Below are positions 1 to 14,400 of a stretch of DNA of 64,000 nucleotides, one piece after another. Numbering within the stretch: the stretch's first letter is position 1; every line of letters begins with the position of its first letter. The notes beneath the pieces are model-generated. The model was not told where the DNA came from and did not search any database. It saw only the letters and a program-made list of their open reading frames with translations. This DNA is from Bispira polyomma (lineage: Eukaryota): positions 12,214,001 to 12,278,000 of the forward strand of contig OZ287757.1 of assembly GCA_965649765.1 (NCBI GenBank), given 5' to 3'. Position numbers and translations under genes: made by a program.

Positions 1-339
1 CTTCTATTATCTAAACACAGATGACATTTTAGCTGGGAAAAAATATTAATGGAATCAATTTTCAATATTGGCCAAATATTTTCAGATAAATATAAATTTA
101 GCACGACCCCTGTTTTTACCACGACTACACATACAGTTAACCAGACAGACTTTAAGACCACACTTTTCCTACGACTTTCATTTCCTAATATGCAACCCCT
201 ATATAAAGACCACCTGTCAAAAAATACCACTTCGGGTTTTACATCGATTTTACCAGCCTTAGGTCATATCACAACAGCCAGATACAAGGGTGAACGAAAC
301 CAGTGGTGAAGCCACTGTGTATGAAATGAAAATGAAATA

Positions 340-712
340 GTACATTTGCTATAACGCACTTATAGAACACAGGGTCCTTTCAAATGCGCTTCCTCATGGG
401 CAGCCACTATGGGTGCCGAGGTGCTTGAGGATGACCATTTATCAACGTCCCCAAGGATCTTTAATCTGCCACTGGAGATATTACTCAGTGACAGAGGACC
501 GCCATTTTAAGTGGTCATCCGAACCACTAGGCAAACTTGTGTTCACATCTTGCCTAAGGATGTTATCCCACCAAATGAAACTAGCGGCCGGTACCGGCCG
601 TATACCACCGACCTACGGCAAAATACATTTCCACAAAAGGGATTCAGGCCCACCCACCCCCGACCCACCACTGGTGAGAGGCCAGTGATTGTGAACCATT
701 AGGTCACTTGGT
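340..712 (-). mobile_element. Degenerate tRNA-derived SINE fragments (Meta-domain-like body)
   Basis: Shares aaggatgttatcccacca..tgaaactag with 57620-57735 and ggtgagaggccagtgattgtgaa with the 41718/54338 SINE. Confidence 0.55.
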
Positions 713-1086
713 GGGGGATATTTATAAACAAGTTTCACTAGCTATAATTGTGGCTAACGCCCTTGTGAGTAGCCGCCTTGACTACTGCAACTCTCTTTTG
801 TTTGGAGTAAACAAGTCACAGATGAAAAAGCTCCGAGCTATTTAAAACTACCTATGCAAGGTGATTTTTCACCTGGGCGCTCGCACCAATGTCACTCCTT
901 CCCTCAAACAACTACAGTGGCTCCCCATTCACTCTAGAATTATGTTAACAAGATAAGAGTGGCCCAGGGGGCCACTTCGGCAGATGATCAGGAGAATGTT
1001 TGATAGATGTTTGTATTAGATGAAGGTGTTAGCTTGATAAAAATGTGAGGTATGTATGATTTTGTAAGGGTAGGTTGTAGTTGTAG

Positions 1087-1560
1087 CCAAAATCATAAAA
1101 TTTGTGAAAAGTTGTCAGACTCTGAACAAGATACCCTGTGGGCCAAAAATCAGGTCGAAATTGCTCTATCTCGCACTGTTTAGGAGATAGCAGACATTTT
1201 TCCGGAAAAGATGCGGAAATTCAGGAGGCCGCTAAAATTGTAAAATTTGTGAAAAGTTGTCAGACTTCGAAAAAGATGCCCTGTGGGTCAAAAATGAGGT
1301 CGAAATCAATCTATCTCGCACCGTTTAGGAGATAGCGGACATTTCCGAAGAAGAACCGGAAATTCAAGCTGGCCGCCAAAATCATAAAATTTGTGAAAAG
1401 TTTTCATAGCCCCTCAACCAGATGCCTGATGGCCCAAAAATGAGGTCAAAATCGCTCTATCTCGCACCATTCATGATATAGCAGACATTTTTCTGGAAAA
1501 GACGTGGAAATTCAAGATGGCCGCCAAAATCATAAAATTTGTGAAAAGTTTTCATAGCCT
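1087..1560. repeat. About 144-bp tandem repeat, roughly 3.3 copies
   Basis: Units start near 1087, 1231, 1375 and 1523 (gccaaaatcataaaatttgtgaaaagtt). Confidence 0.85.
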
Positions 1561-4500
1561 GCCTATGTGTGTTAAGACAGGCCTGGAATAAGAAAAGACA
1601 TATCAGACAGAACGTAATGACAATAGCATCAAACTTATTCGACGATGTCAACCTTTCTGTTTTTAGAGGTCGGGGAGGTAAGTCGGGGTACTTTTAGAAA
1701 ATATCAAACCTGTTGAATATCCTTCCAAACTACCGCGACAACCCCGTTTTCACCCCTTAAAATCGGCAAGGTTGAAGGCCAAATCGGCATAGTGGAACCA
1801 CCATTTAAACAAGAATGTAGTGACCACTGTAGCGGTCAGAGATTAAAAATTGTTCAAGCAAACGAACAACAAGATGTGAATGCCTGAATGGGCATATCGT
1901 CAGTTTCCTTCTGATTTATGACCTTCATGACATCAACTTGAGCTTGATCCTAAGGTCGTAGTTCAAATCTCTGGTTTTGTATAGGCTCACAATACATTGA
2001 TTACATTCCAAGTTTAAAAACTCTTGTTAATAAGATATAAAGCAAAAACATAAAAATTGGCCTTTTTGGGGCCAGAAAAGGGACCTTGACAGATCCGTTT
2101 TTTAAAACCTTTACCAGTAAGGCTGCTGATCGTTAAAATAATATACCAGAAAGTTTGGTGGCATTGTAAGTAACCAATTAAAGAGAAGACACAAACTCCT
2201 TGATTTCAAGGTCATAGGTCAAATTTGACCAGTGCATTAGCTTCTCTGACCTGGTTTTCTATATGTTTATAGTACATTCAAAGTGTCAAAATGCAATAAT
2301 TAATTATAGTTATTCATGTTTCATAGATTTAAACAAAAAAATTTAAAAAAAATATCCAAAATTTAAAATCTGAGCAAAATGCCATAAAGTGTTTTTAATA
2401 TCTATGTAGTAAAGTATACATTTGCAAAATTTCAGACTGATCCTTCAGTCATTTTGGAGAAGATTAACCTGCAAATATTTTGAATAGCCTGACTAATATA
2501 TGTTTTCTACATTATCATGTTATGAATAAATTTGTTAATTATTGTTCTCTACAAAAAAAAATTAAAATTAATGTGGACTTTTCCTCCCCCTCAATAAAGC
2601 TAATAGGAACTTTTCCTGGTGGGGAACTTCTGATTCAATTTATGGATGGGGGACTTCTCCGTACACCTATTACACAGTTTTTAATAAAGTAGGTATCTTC
2701 ATCTTTAAAAGCCTAAGGGTTTGTATATATCATGCCTTAATATCAATATTATATAAAATATATGCTGATTATACATTAAAATAAATAAAATATTGCATGT
2801 ATCAGGTGAAAATTCTGGATGACTTATAGTATTATCAACTACCGTATTTGACATAATTACCGCACATGCCCCATTAACCGCACATCCCGTAGTCCTCTTC
2901 CTGGGAGTTGATGCATCCATCCTTACGATCTGCCTATGTTTTTCATTTTTCTATTGGCTGATTGTTGCGCCTTAGAAGATACCTAGCATCAATAAGGCTC
3001 GTTAAAAATGCATAATACAATCCCCTAATTTTATGTTTGGTATGGTTCTCTATTTAAGATATTACTTCAGCCTTATGTTAAGTATCAGCATGTACCTATG
3101 CATATGAGAATTTATAGAGGAAAAAAATAATTCTGCAATAAATACTATATAAAATTTTGAGTTAGTACTCCGGTTATTTTCCAATACAAATGAATAACTG
3201 CAATCAAGACTTTTAGTGCCTGTGAAAGTAAACTTGTCATAGTAACCGACAGCTTCCTGCACTCAGGTTTACAAAGCTAGAAATTAGTCATAAATTTGAA
3301 TACTGCAGAAAGTGACTAAAGTGATAAAGTAGCCTTGTTGAAAGATATTTAAGGCTCAACTTTATTGTATTTAGGAAAATCAGTATGCACCCCTATTGGT
3401 GGCAAAATAATGACTTCCAATGTGTTTAGCATGATTAATGTAATTATAATATAATCTGATATATTATTTAAACAATAATGTTAAATTTAAATGAATAAAT
3501 ATATTATTTAGATCAATGGTGAGAAAAACAAGCCCAAGCAAGGTTACTATATCTGTCCTTCCATTAACTGCAGCAAATGGCCATTATAATCCAGTAAAAA
3601 TTTAAAGTAAATGATCAAAATTTTGCTTCAAGTTTCATTCGCCAAGTACATATTTTATTTCTTGTTGTAGGCTGTAGAAGTTTGAAACACTTATGCCTTT
3701 AAAGGCTAAGCGCATTTATCATACTGACAGCAAGAGAGTAAGTTACTACAGTTACCAAATAAATTTTTCAATAACTTTTTACTTTTTTCAGTTTTACAGC
3801 AAATTTTAATAGTAATACTTCATTGTGGAGCTTTCTATTATCAGATAGATTGTACAATTTACCAGTGTGAACACACCTGCAAAAGTATGCTATATATTTT
3901 AAAAACCAAGAATCAGCCTTAAACTAAATAACAATTGCTGCAGATTTATTACATTTTTAAGCTATCTGTGTTCAATCAAACCAGTTATTTTTTGGCTTAG
4001 GAATAATTTTTAATATTTTTATCCTGTAGTGACATTATTTAAAATATATATATCCCCCATATACATACATACATTGTAACACTTCAAATAGTTCAAAACA
4101 GAATGCTACATTAGTCAATAACATCATATTGGACTATTTGAACCCTCTACTATTAACAGCAACTGGCTTGTACTAACTGGACCCTCTCTACTTCAAAGAA
4201 CCTTTAATTGGTCCCGCCACAACACATACACATCTTCTATATACTACAAGGACAGGTAACACCCATAAATAGCCCTCCAACATCAAACATACTTTAAATT
4301 GATTCGTCCACAATACACACACACATGTTCTATATAATACAAGGGTAGATACCTAGCAACAAAACAATTAAAACACTAGTAACAACACACACAAACACAC
4401 ACACACTATTTGTGCACAAACCAAGGACAAGTAGTGGGGGTGGGGGGAGGGGGGGAATTGGCCAGTTGCCAATTACACGTAATTAAGGCACATGCATAAA

Positions 4501-5310
4501 CACAGCCTATGTAAAAAGATGAAAGACAATTAGGCCTTGGGTTAATTGGTGATGACTCATGCCACTCACACCACAGTACAGAGTTATAAGAATAAGAACA
4601 CAATCAATGAAAGGTATTGCCTTTGAGGCTGTGTATTGTATGGCAAGTCATAGCTGTCAATCATATTCTCCTTAGCAACAGGCAGTGGTTTTTATAAAAA
4701 CCTAAATAAGTCATCACAAATATATCAGATCAAGAAGCCAATTCAACGGCAGCATATACACAACACATAATGTACCCATACCAATTTTCAGGTCACAATT
4801 TCTTCATTTACTGAGAAAATTTGCTGTCATCAAACGGTTGCTAGGGAACAAGACCTCTAGTAAAGTTAATACAGCATACGTAACTTCAGCTAAAGCTGAA
4901 GTAACGTCATCTGCCGTAAAAATTCACGTTACTACTTTCAAGGCTGTAGTCACTCAACTACCTCGCTTCTTTTCTCTCTTTCAGTAACCTGAAGAGAGGC
5001 AATAGATTTTGTTTCTTTTGTTAGACCCTCCAGGAAGGCAGGATCCAGTGCTTTCTCCATTGAGTCTTCCACTCGACCTCATACCAGTAGATACACTTAT
5101 CGGTTCTAGAAAAAGGTTTAAAGCTTTTTCAACTATGCTTACCCACCCTAGTTCCCTCCTGTACACCCCCACATCTTTCCTTATGACCTTGCTCTGATCC
5201 ATGGACTACACGATCGGATCACTGATTCTGCTGTTGGACTTTAGAGGATGCCTTGCATCAATGAAGCACGTGAAGAATGTACAATAATAATATATTAAGC
5301 CAGGACTCAC

Positions 5311-5489
5311 TGCAGGTCCGATTCTGCCTGGCAATCCAGGTAAGCCATCCTCTCCATTTAATCCTGGCAGTCCAATATCCCCCTTGGCACCGCGGGGCCC
5401 GGGATTGCCTGGAATTCCGTCCAATCCCAAGTCACCTTTCTCTCCCTTAGCACCTGGAAAGCACTGCTGGCAGGTTCCTCCCCTGTCAC
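5311..5489 (-). CDS. COL4A2: Collagen IV exon (phase 1/0): [20 protein letters not shown]...GRIGPA
   Basis: tttgtacag acceptor, gtgagt donor, Gly-X-Y with CxxC interruption. Confidence 0.93.
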
Positions 5490-8400
5490 CTGTACAAATA
5501 TAACGCCAACACATTAATCGAGCTGTGCCAAAAAAATGGTTCACATTAAAAAGATGTGGAGACTTTTTTGATATGGATTTCATTCTGAAAAGTGCGCCAC
5601 CATCTTGGAAAATACATAAGACCTTAATGGATTGGTTAGAAGCAATCGACCCGGCCAAACTGAGGGGTTTCAGATTTATATTATCAATATTATATTAAAT
5701 TTATTGCCTGGAGTAAATTTTATGGGTAAAATGTTACAGATAACTTCCGGGATTCATTAACGACCTAATTTATTAACATTGATATGGCCACTATATACTC
5801 AGGCCCCTTCCTTAAAAAAATCAAACAAAAGAAGCAACAAAAGTAAACAACAATTGTGTGCATGTAATTGTGTGAACCCCATAAGTACTTACAAATTATT
5901 GATTCCTACTTTGGCCCAAACCTAATTGTTCATAATAGTGAGCTTTTATTGTATTTTTTCCTTTTATTGCTTGAAGTTTTACTTATGATGCTGTTTCACT
6001 ATCACTAACGGTCAGGGAGAGGCCCCAATTATGCGATGATGAGCAATTCTTGGCATTTTCTCACACTGTTTTCAAGAAAGCGTGGGAAAAATTGCATAAA
6101 AGTGCATAGTTAACAATTGCTCTTTGTGGATCACTTGCATATAAGGAACACAAAAAATGACTTCACACAAAGAAAAGCTGAACTTAAATCCTAACTGATC
6201 ATAAATTCAAGTTTTATAATTTCTTCCCAAAAATTGTTGAGTCATTTACATTCATAAATGTGATGTATAATGACATTAGTTATTTTACAATAGGAACACT
6301 GTGAGGTACTTTTAAGTAGCAATTCTCTTGCTAAATGTGTGATGCTCACCTTTCTGTCCAGGCACACCAGGGATTCCATCACGGCCTAATATCCCCTGAA
6401 AGCCCTTTTGTCCCTTTGGTCCTACGGGCCCGGTCTCTCCCACGATGCCGTCTGGGGTATCGCCTGAAGCCCCAGGAGGTCCATCAAATCCTCGGTCGCC
6501 CTTAGCGCCAGCAAATCCGTCTCGGCCAGGAATGCCAGGCCTGCCTTCGGGTCCGACTATGGACTTCCCTGGGAACCCCTTGTTACCGGGCTCACCCTTG
6601 GCCCCGGGGCGACCGCTCTGACCGGGAATACCATCTAAACCGGGGTTTCCTGAAAAATTATCAATTGACTATCAAATACCACCACCAAGGTCATGGGGGG
6701 TATAACTTGCATTGTATTAGGGCCGAGATGACCTGCCCCAAATTTATTGTATTTAAGTATTGTAGTGAGGCATGGTTAATTTATTGCAACATACAGTAGA
6801 ACCTCCATTATCTGACCATGTGTAGTTGAATAACAGAAGGTTTATAAACTACAAGAGGCATTTGAGTAGACAACAATAGGAAAAATGAATTAAAAAGAGG
6901 AAGAAAAAAAATTTAGTAGACAGAAAATAAAAAATAATAAATATATACATATTTAAAACAAAAAAAAATATTAAAAAAAGTATGGTAAAGTTATTTTAAT
7001 TGTTACCTGGTGGTCCCTCGTCTCCCTTCTGTCCAATCAGTCCATCCCTACCCTGGGGACCTGGAGGTCCGGGTAAGCCGTTACCCCCTGTATTACCCAC
7101 AGGTCCTCTCTCACCAGGTAACCCTGGGAGTCCGTCCTCTCCATCATCCCCGCGATCTCCCTTACGTCCCTGAGGGCCGGGCACACAACCACCGGCATCA
7201 CCGACCTGGGGGGAAACAACCGTAAAGGTGTAAACATGTAAATGTAACATCAAATTTGCCACCTGGAAAATGTTTTTTTTTTTTGGTAGAATTGTGGGTA
7301 ATATTTGCTGATAATAATATTATGGTAATTCTGAAATTTCTGTGACTATTTTGCCGTACTTTCTTAAATTCCAGCAAGTTGTCACCAGTTTTTATTGATT
7401 TGGCTTAAATTTTAGGGGTGGCAAATAACACATACAGTGGCGAATTTCAGATACAGTGGCGAATTTTAGATTCCTTACTCTACATTTTCTGACAATCACT
7501 AAGGTTGTAAGAATATCCTGACAATTAATACATCCAAATATACACTTTTGTAAATATCCTAATATACACTTTTGTAAACGATGTATTAGCAATACGAAAG
7601 TGGGAAAACCAATACATGTCACAACATTAAAGTAGGACGTCTACCTCAAAAATTCTTAAAACTAAATCTGTGAGCTAAATAATATCCACATACAGTGAAA
7701 CCCCTTCAAGTAGAACTCTGATAAGTGGAATTGCCTGTTAAGTAGAAGTTATTTCAATATTCCATTGCGATAGATTTAATTGAATTTTACTCTGCTAAGT
7801 AGAATTTCTGTTAAGTAGACCACATTTCTATGGTCCCTTCAGATTGGACTTAAAAGAGGTTCACCTATTTCTATTTGATGATCTTATTGTCACCCTCCTT
7901 CAAATTCATTGCTCCCCAGTGTTCTGTACAGAAATGACTCTTGATTGTGTTTTTACAAAACTTCTATATATTTAAACTAAAATTATCCCCTCCCAACATG
8001 ATGGGAACATGCAAGCTGTATTCACTGAATTTTTCACTGATTCACGGTATCAAATATACCAAAGCTATCCCATCACATTCTCCAGATTGTATTTGATCCC
8101 AGGACATGGCCCAGATTCAATGAGATCCCATAACATCAAGTGACATGGCCCAGATTCAATGAGATCCCATAACATCAAGTGACATGACCTACATTCAATG
8201 AGATCCCATAACATCAAGTGACATGGCCCAGATTCAATGAGATCCCATAACATCAAGTGACATAGCCCAGATTCAATGAGATCCCATAACATCAAGTGAC
8301 ATGGCCCAGATTCAATGAGACCCGATAACATCAAGTGACATGACCCAGATTCAATGAGATCCCATAACATCAAGTGACATGGCCCAGATTCAATGAAATC

Positions 8401-11400
8401 CCATAACATCAAGTGACATGGCCCAGATTCAATGAGACCCGATAACATCAAGTGACATGACCCAGATTCAATGAGATCCCATAACATCAAGTGACATGGC
8501 CCAGATTCAATGAGATCCCATAACATCAAGTGACATAGCCCAGATTCAATGAGATCCCATAACATCAAGTGACATGGCCCAGATTCAATGAGACCCGATA
8601 ACATCAAGTGACATGACCCAGATTCAATGAGATCCCATAACATCAAGTGACATGGCCCAGATTCAATGAGATCCCATAACCTTCACCCAGACCACATGAC
8701 ACCAGATGACCTTCACACAGACCACATGTCCGTCACACAGACCACATGACACCAGATGACCTTCACACAAACCACATGACCTTCCCACAGACCACATGAC
8801 ACCAGATGACCTTCACACAGGTCACATGACCCCACACCACTCACCCCTGGAGGTCCAGTCAATCCGCGTTCTCCGGTTGGTCCAGTCAATCCCCTGTCTC
8901 CCTTCATACCTCTGGCTCCTGGTCTGCCTGACTCTCCATCCTGACCGCTATCTCCCTTGAATCCGGGCTGTCCAGGCTGGCCTGGGAATCCTTGCTTACC
9001 CTGGGAAAGTAAAACATGGATTTGGAGAGAAGGCTTGGGTATGTTACATTGAAAAGAACACAATTTACACATTGCACGATTTATTCTCACATTCACCAAA
9101 TTGTATGAATTTGTTAACAATTTTTGGATGTTTTCAGAAAAAGAGTTTGCCCAGATATATCCCCACCTGTCTATTGTGGCCAGAGAGACAAACCACAGCA
9201 AGCAGCGGCTTAATACAACATATTATTACTAAACAATTTGCTACTAAAATATGCTTACATCACATTAAAAACAATAATAGGCAAAAAAGGGGCCATGCAT
9301 TTATTTGATTTACAGTCAGAACTCTTCCATATCAATTTCCAACTGAAGTGCAGAAAAGTCTCCAGTCTTCTAAAGGCGTTTAGAGTTTTTCTTCCATCTA
9401 CCCTGTTATGTGGAAATCTTGTTTATCTAGATACAATATACTTCTATATTGGTTAATTGATTCCTGTTGTTGCGCTTTAGAAGATCCCTCGCATCCAATA
9501 ATCTATCTAATTTAACTTTTTTAAAAGCGCTTATCTCTGTACTAGCAGATTCTATGGCGCACGAGACAGAAAATCATTTTGACAATTTTATATAGCCATT
9601 GGACGTGACCATGGAGAAGCCAGAAAAAGGTAAGGGAGGCTAAAGTCGAAAAGCCTTTCTAAATAGGTAGGTTTTGAGCTTTTTCCTAAAACAGGTAAGT
9701 GAGGAGAGGCAGTGTAAATATCATGAGGCAGATCATTCCACAGCTTTGGAGCATCATATAAGAAACTAGTGTTAAAATGTCTTTTTGACTTATGAACCGA
9801 TCGTACAAAGGTAGGGACACTGAAAAAGCATTTATAGGCCTACTACGCCTTGTATTGCGCTCCTTGTAAGGCGCATTAAAACTGTAATATCCAATAGCAA
9901 ACGCTCACCCTTGGTCCGGCTAGGCCAGGTACTCCTTTCTCACCCTTCATTCCTGGCAAGCCCGGTTCGCCCTGTAATAGGTATAGAAAAAACACATATT
10001 TATATATGAAGCCCTCTAATGCCTAGGTCCAACTGGCTGTCATGCTAGATCTCATGTAAAAATTAGGTTTGAGTGGGGTTTGCATCGGTTTTGCGTGCCT
10101 TGATGTGTTCAGGCGTGGATGTACATAATCTGGTGTAGGAGATGGTGGGCAAAAAATTTCAATTTTTGAACTGTTCAAAATTTTGTCACTCAAACGATGT
10201 AGCGTGGTTCATTTGTGTATTACGCACAGTCACTCACAGTTACGTATCATTATGCAACGGTCATGCAAATAGGCATTGAACCATGCTACATTCTTCTATT
10301 TGTGTGTGGGTTTATTTTTTTTAACGTTTTGCACGGACTTTTGCATCACATATCTTACAGGGCCATGCATGATGTGCATATCCTAACATGAATCTGGTGG
10401 GACAGGGGCTTTAGTGTCACAACAAAACATTGTACATAGCGAGGGAATGAGACACGTTTTTATAAAAAAAAGTCCTTTTTTTATTACTTATTAGGCAAAA
10501 CAAAAAGTGTGTATCATAATTGTTTTTACACAGGGACTTATAATCAGTTGAAATGTTCACTAGGAAATAATTTTAACTAAAATCTTTAAATATTAAATTA
10601 TAAATTATAAATTTTAAATTTTTAACTAAATCTCCATCATCTAAACTTCATTTGTCCGAATATTCAATTTTCTGAACTTAGTTTTTACACTCTCCCAAAG
10701 GTTATCTTTTCACAGAAATGCCTCTTCTATTTTGTGCACCCATTCTATCAGGTCCCTCAAACATGTTCGGATAATAAGAGGTTCTACTGTATTTTAGCTA
10801 AACAACTAGGGAGATAGAAATTTAGTTCAATAAAGTAGAACCTCCATTATTGATCGCTAAACCAAAGTATCAACCGGATCGGTGGATACAATAACAAATC
10901 TATTTAACAACCTAGGTTTTCTATTATAAACACTAAGCAATTCAGTCCTTTAGATATTACTATTGGAGTACCCTAAAACACTTATACATGTATTATCAAA
11001 AGTTAATATTTTATCGGAGTATTTTATGATTTTATCAACTCATTTGCACTCTCCCAAATTGATCAGCTGCAAAACTTTGACAATAATTAATGTTTTAATG
11101 AAGTCAATAATAATTAAAGGCGATACTGTCATAGTTTTGATTATAACCATAGACATTTTCGAGTCCCTGAAATTACTAGTTTCATTTTGGTTTTCCAAAC
11201 AATATTGTGCCCATTACTGAGTACCTGGTAACCCTTGTCACAGCCTTAGTTTACTGTAATGTAATTAAACTGGTTACTTACATTCTCTCCGGGTACACCA
11301 TCAAATCCGGGTATTCCTGAGATGCCGGGTTCACCCTAGATACATTAAAATAACAACAACCCTGATATTAACTGAACATGGAAATGATAAAATAAGACAT

Positions 11401-14400
11401 ACTGACATTTAGTAGATCTTCAGATTTTATGAAGATTGCTTTCAACAACGAAATATATTACATATCTATAAACCATGTAAGATGCATCTGTATTGAGAGT
11501 AAGAACCATTCACTTTAAATATCTTTAGTTTATTGTTACCTTAACCCTTTCCATCTCCCGAGAGCAATTGCTATTGCCGGGTACACACCACAGACTCACT
11601 TCTGGCATTTAATAAGGGCCTCATGTATATACCGGTTCCTCTCTCGGAAGCGCCCAGGGGCGAAAACGACGAAAATTCAAAGAAGTTGGGGGTGGGCGTT
11701 TGCGAGAATGTGCCGTTACGTGAACTCGTTTTTCGCTTCGATCCGTATAAAATGACATAAAGTACATCAAAATCACATATTTTGTCTGTAAAATAGAATA
11801 ATCAACAAATACATACAATTTCTTGGGAAAAACCGCCCCATTTTGTTGTTTTTATCTTCAACTGTGTACTGGATATTACAGGTGCTCCCAGGTGAGAAAA
11901 CATCACCATTGTTAGTGTACACAGAAAGCGCAAATGATGGCTGTTTATATGACCAAGTTACCTTAAACTGGTATGTTTTACAAAGTTTTGCATATAAAAA
12001 CATCGATTTTTGATAGTTTCTTTATGGTATTTGTTGTTATATGATACGTTTTTTGCAAAATTAATTGGCCGGTTTCCGTAATATTTGAAAGGTTGGGGAT
12101 GGGCATTTACGCGAACATGGGCGAGATGGAGAGTGGAACCGGTATATTGTTTTAAACAAAGGAGTCTGCTGTACTAACAAGTTCCTATTGGGAGGAATTG
12201 AGCGAAAATGAAATACTATTTTTTTTATGGGGGTGTCAACTGCTTGCCTAAAGACATTGTTCCAAGAAGTAACAAAATGTTGTTGGGTGCACGTCCGACA
12301 AGATAGGGGATCGAAAGGGTTCAAATAACTTTGTATTCTAAACACGACGAGCAGTTCATTTGGTGGAGGAAAACAGTAAAGGTCTTTGTTCAGTGAAAAA
12401 AAACATCAACCTCTTTTAGCCAACTTTACCACATACACACACACTGGGGCCTGAGATTTTGAACCTACGACTTTAAAGGTGGGAGGTAAGCGTGTTTACC
12501 ACTGAGCTTTATTATAATAAAAACATATCAAATATCAACACACCACAAATAATTGTGGTATATATAAATATATATATGTTACCAATGCCAATAAAAAGAA
12601 TTATGAATGTGTTAACTATATCTATATACCATAGATTTTGAGAATTAAAAGCTAAAGGCCAAAACAACAAGTACATAAAAAAACATTTATATAATTGATT
12701 GTACTTTCTACAAAATGAAATATTCTTGTTGAATTTTGTTTTCAGTTTTTACACAACCTTACAGGTAGGAAGAATATAATTCACATAATACAGTTTAGGC
12801 AGTATTTTCATTGATTTTATTTCGTCAAAACAGAAACATATTTTATTGGACAACATTCAATGTTATAACAACCAGGCCGGTATTCACAAAGATTCTTAGT
12901 CTTAAATTTTTTGGTCTGAACCAATTCGATTGGCTAAAATGATTTTCCCAAACAATCAGATTGGCTGACTCTAAAAAAAAGAATTGCATTTTATAAAAAT
13001 GTTTGTGAACACGACTCCTGGGACAACCTATAAGAATCCAAAATTGCTTCTTTTTTAATATGCTGCAAGCATTTTATATATCAAGAAGCTATTCTTTATT
13101 AATTGCAATGAATACTTTCTGATTATGAGGCAGGGGTAGGGTGGATTAGTCAATCAATAGATTAAGAAGCCCTTTGTTTCCATTTGTAAACAAAAAAATG
13201 AAGGGAGTTCAAAAATTTGCCCCTAATTTAAAATACAGATGGCCACCTATATATACTGTCACCTGACAACATAATTGAACTCATGTGTCTGTTTGGGTTC
13301 ATGTTTTAGTATTTATGTATACTGTAAGTATTTTTAGCGAAAAGTAAGATAAAGCATGCTTGGCAATGGTAGCGGTTAAAATCCTTCACGTACTACAAAG
13401 TCTAATTGTGAGTGTGAACACATAGGACTCGAAAATACGTTAGCAATTATCTACTTCCGGACACACTCTATATTTTGGGGAGTAATTTGCGATCAGAAGA
13501 ATAGCAATTTTTTTTGGTAAAAGCGTTGAGTTTGGGTTTTTTTTTTAATTTAAAATTCTACTGATACATATAATAAGCTCCACAAAAAAATAATATAATC
13601 TTTAGCAATTATTGTAAATGATTATTTTGATTAATTTAGGCTTACAACAGAAAAAGCGCGACTCAATGCAAACTGAGAAGAAGCCATGGTGTTTTAGGGC
13701 ATTAAAAGCATATATTACAGTCAAAACAAAATGACACCATTTTAATAAGACAGGGAAATGCAACGGAACTAGATTGATTTCCCAATCTTTTTCTTGATGA
13801 CACATAAAGACATAACATCATCTGACGGAAGAACATGGTTTTTTTAAAAAAAATATAAATATAATATTTGGGGGGTTGGTTGTTAAAACATTATTAAAAA
13901 TTTTAGCAGCAACACGAAAAGCACATGAATGTTATTGGTGCACTTGTGTACGTGGTAGAGATTATAAGGTGCGTTCACAGATATATAATGTAGACTAATG
14001 ATATAAAGCTTTCAGAGACAAGTGTATGTATTGTAAGTGAACACTTAAATATAATATATACAGAAACACCAAGATTTGCATGAATATCAACATTAATAAA
14101 CAAAATATATGAGAGGTACGGAAGAGTAGAAAAGATATATATTTATTTATTTTTTCTAATTGTTGACTTACGTATCTCGATAGATCAATTTAGCTTTGTT
14201 TTTTTTCCCATTTTTTTACTTACTAAGTTGATAAATATAGATACCTTAGTCGATTTATTGAGATGCTAAGTCGAGAAATAGACAGAAATTTTTTTGGATG
14301 TGGCTCTTTTACTCTTCCGAACAAATGGGTCTCTATAAATATTTATATGTGCACATATCATCAGAATTAATGCCTGTGTACGCACATATAAATATATGTA

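Noticed and set aside
1-5310. Further collagen exons
   Set aside because: No Gly-X-Y-coding segment with splice sites found; treated as intron, with the gene continuing beyond the left edge
8065-8646. 193-aa repetitive ORF ([13 protein letters not shown])n
   Set aside because: By-product of a 39-bp intronic minisatellite whose period is a multiple of 3; no splice sites; variants are not synonymous-biased
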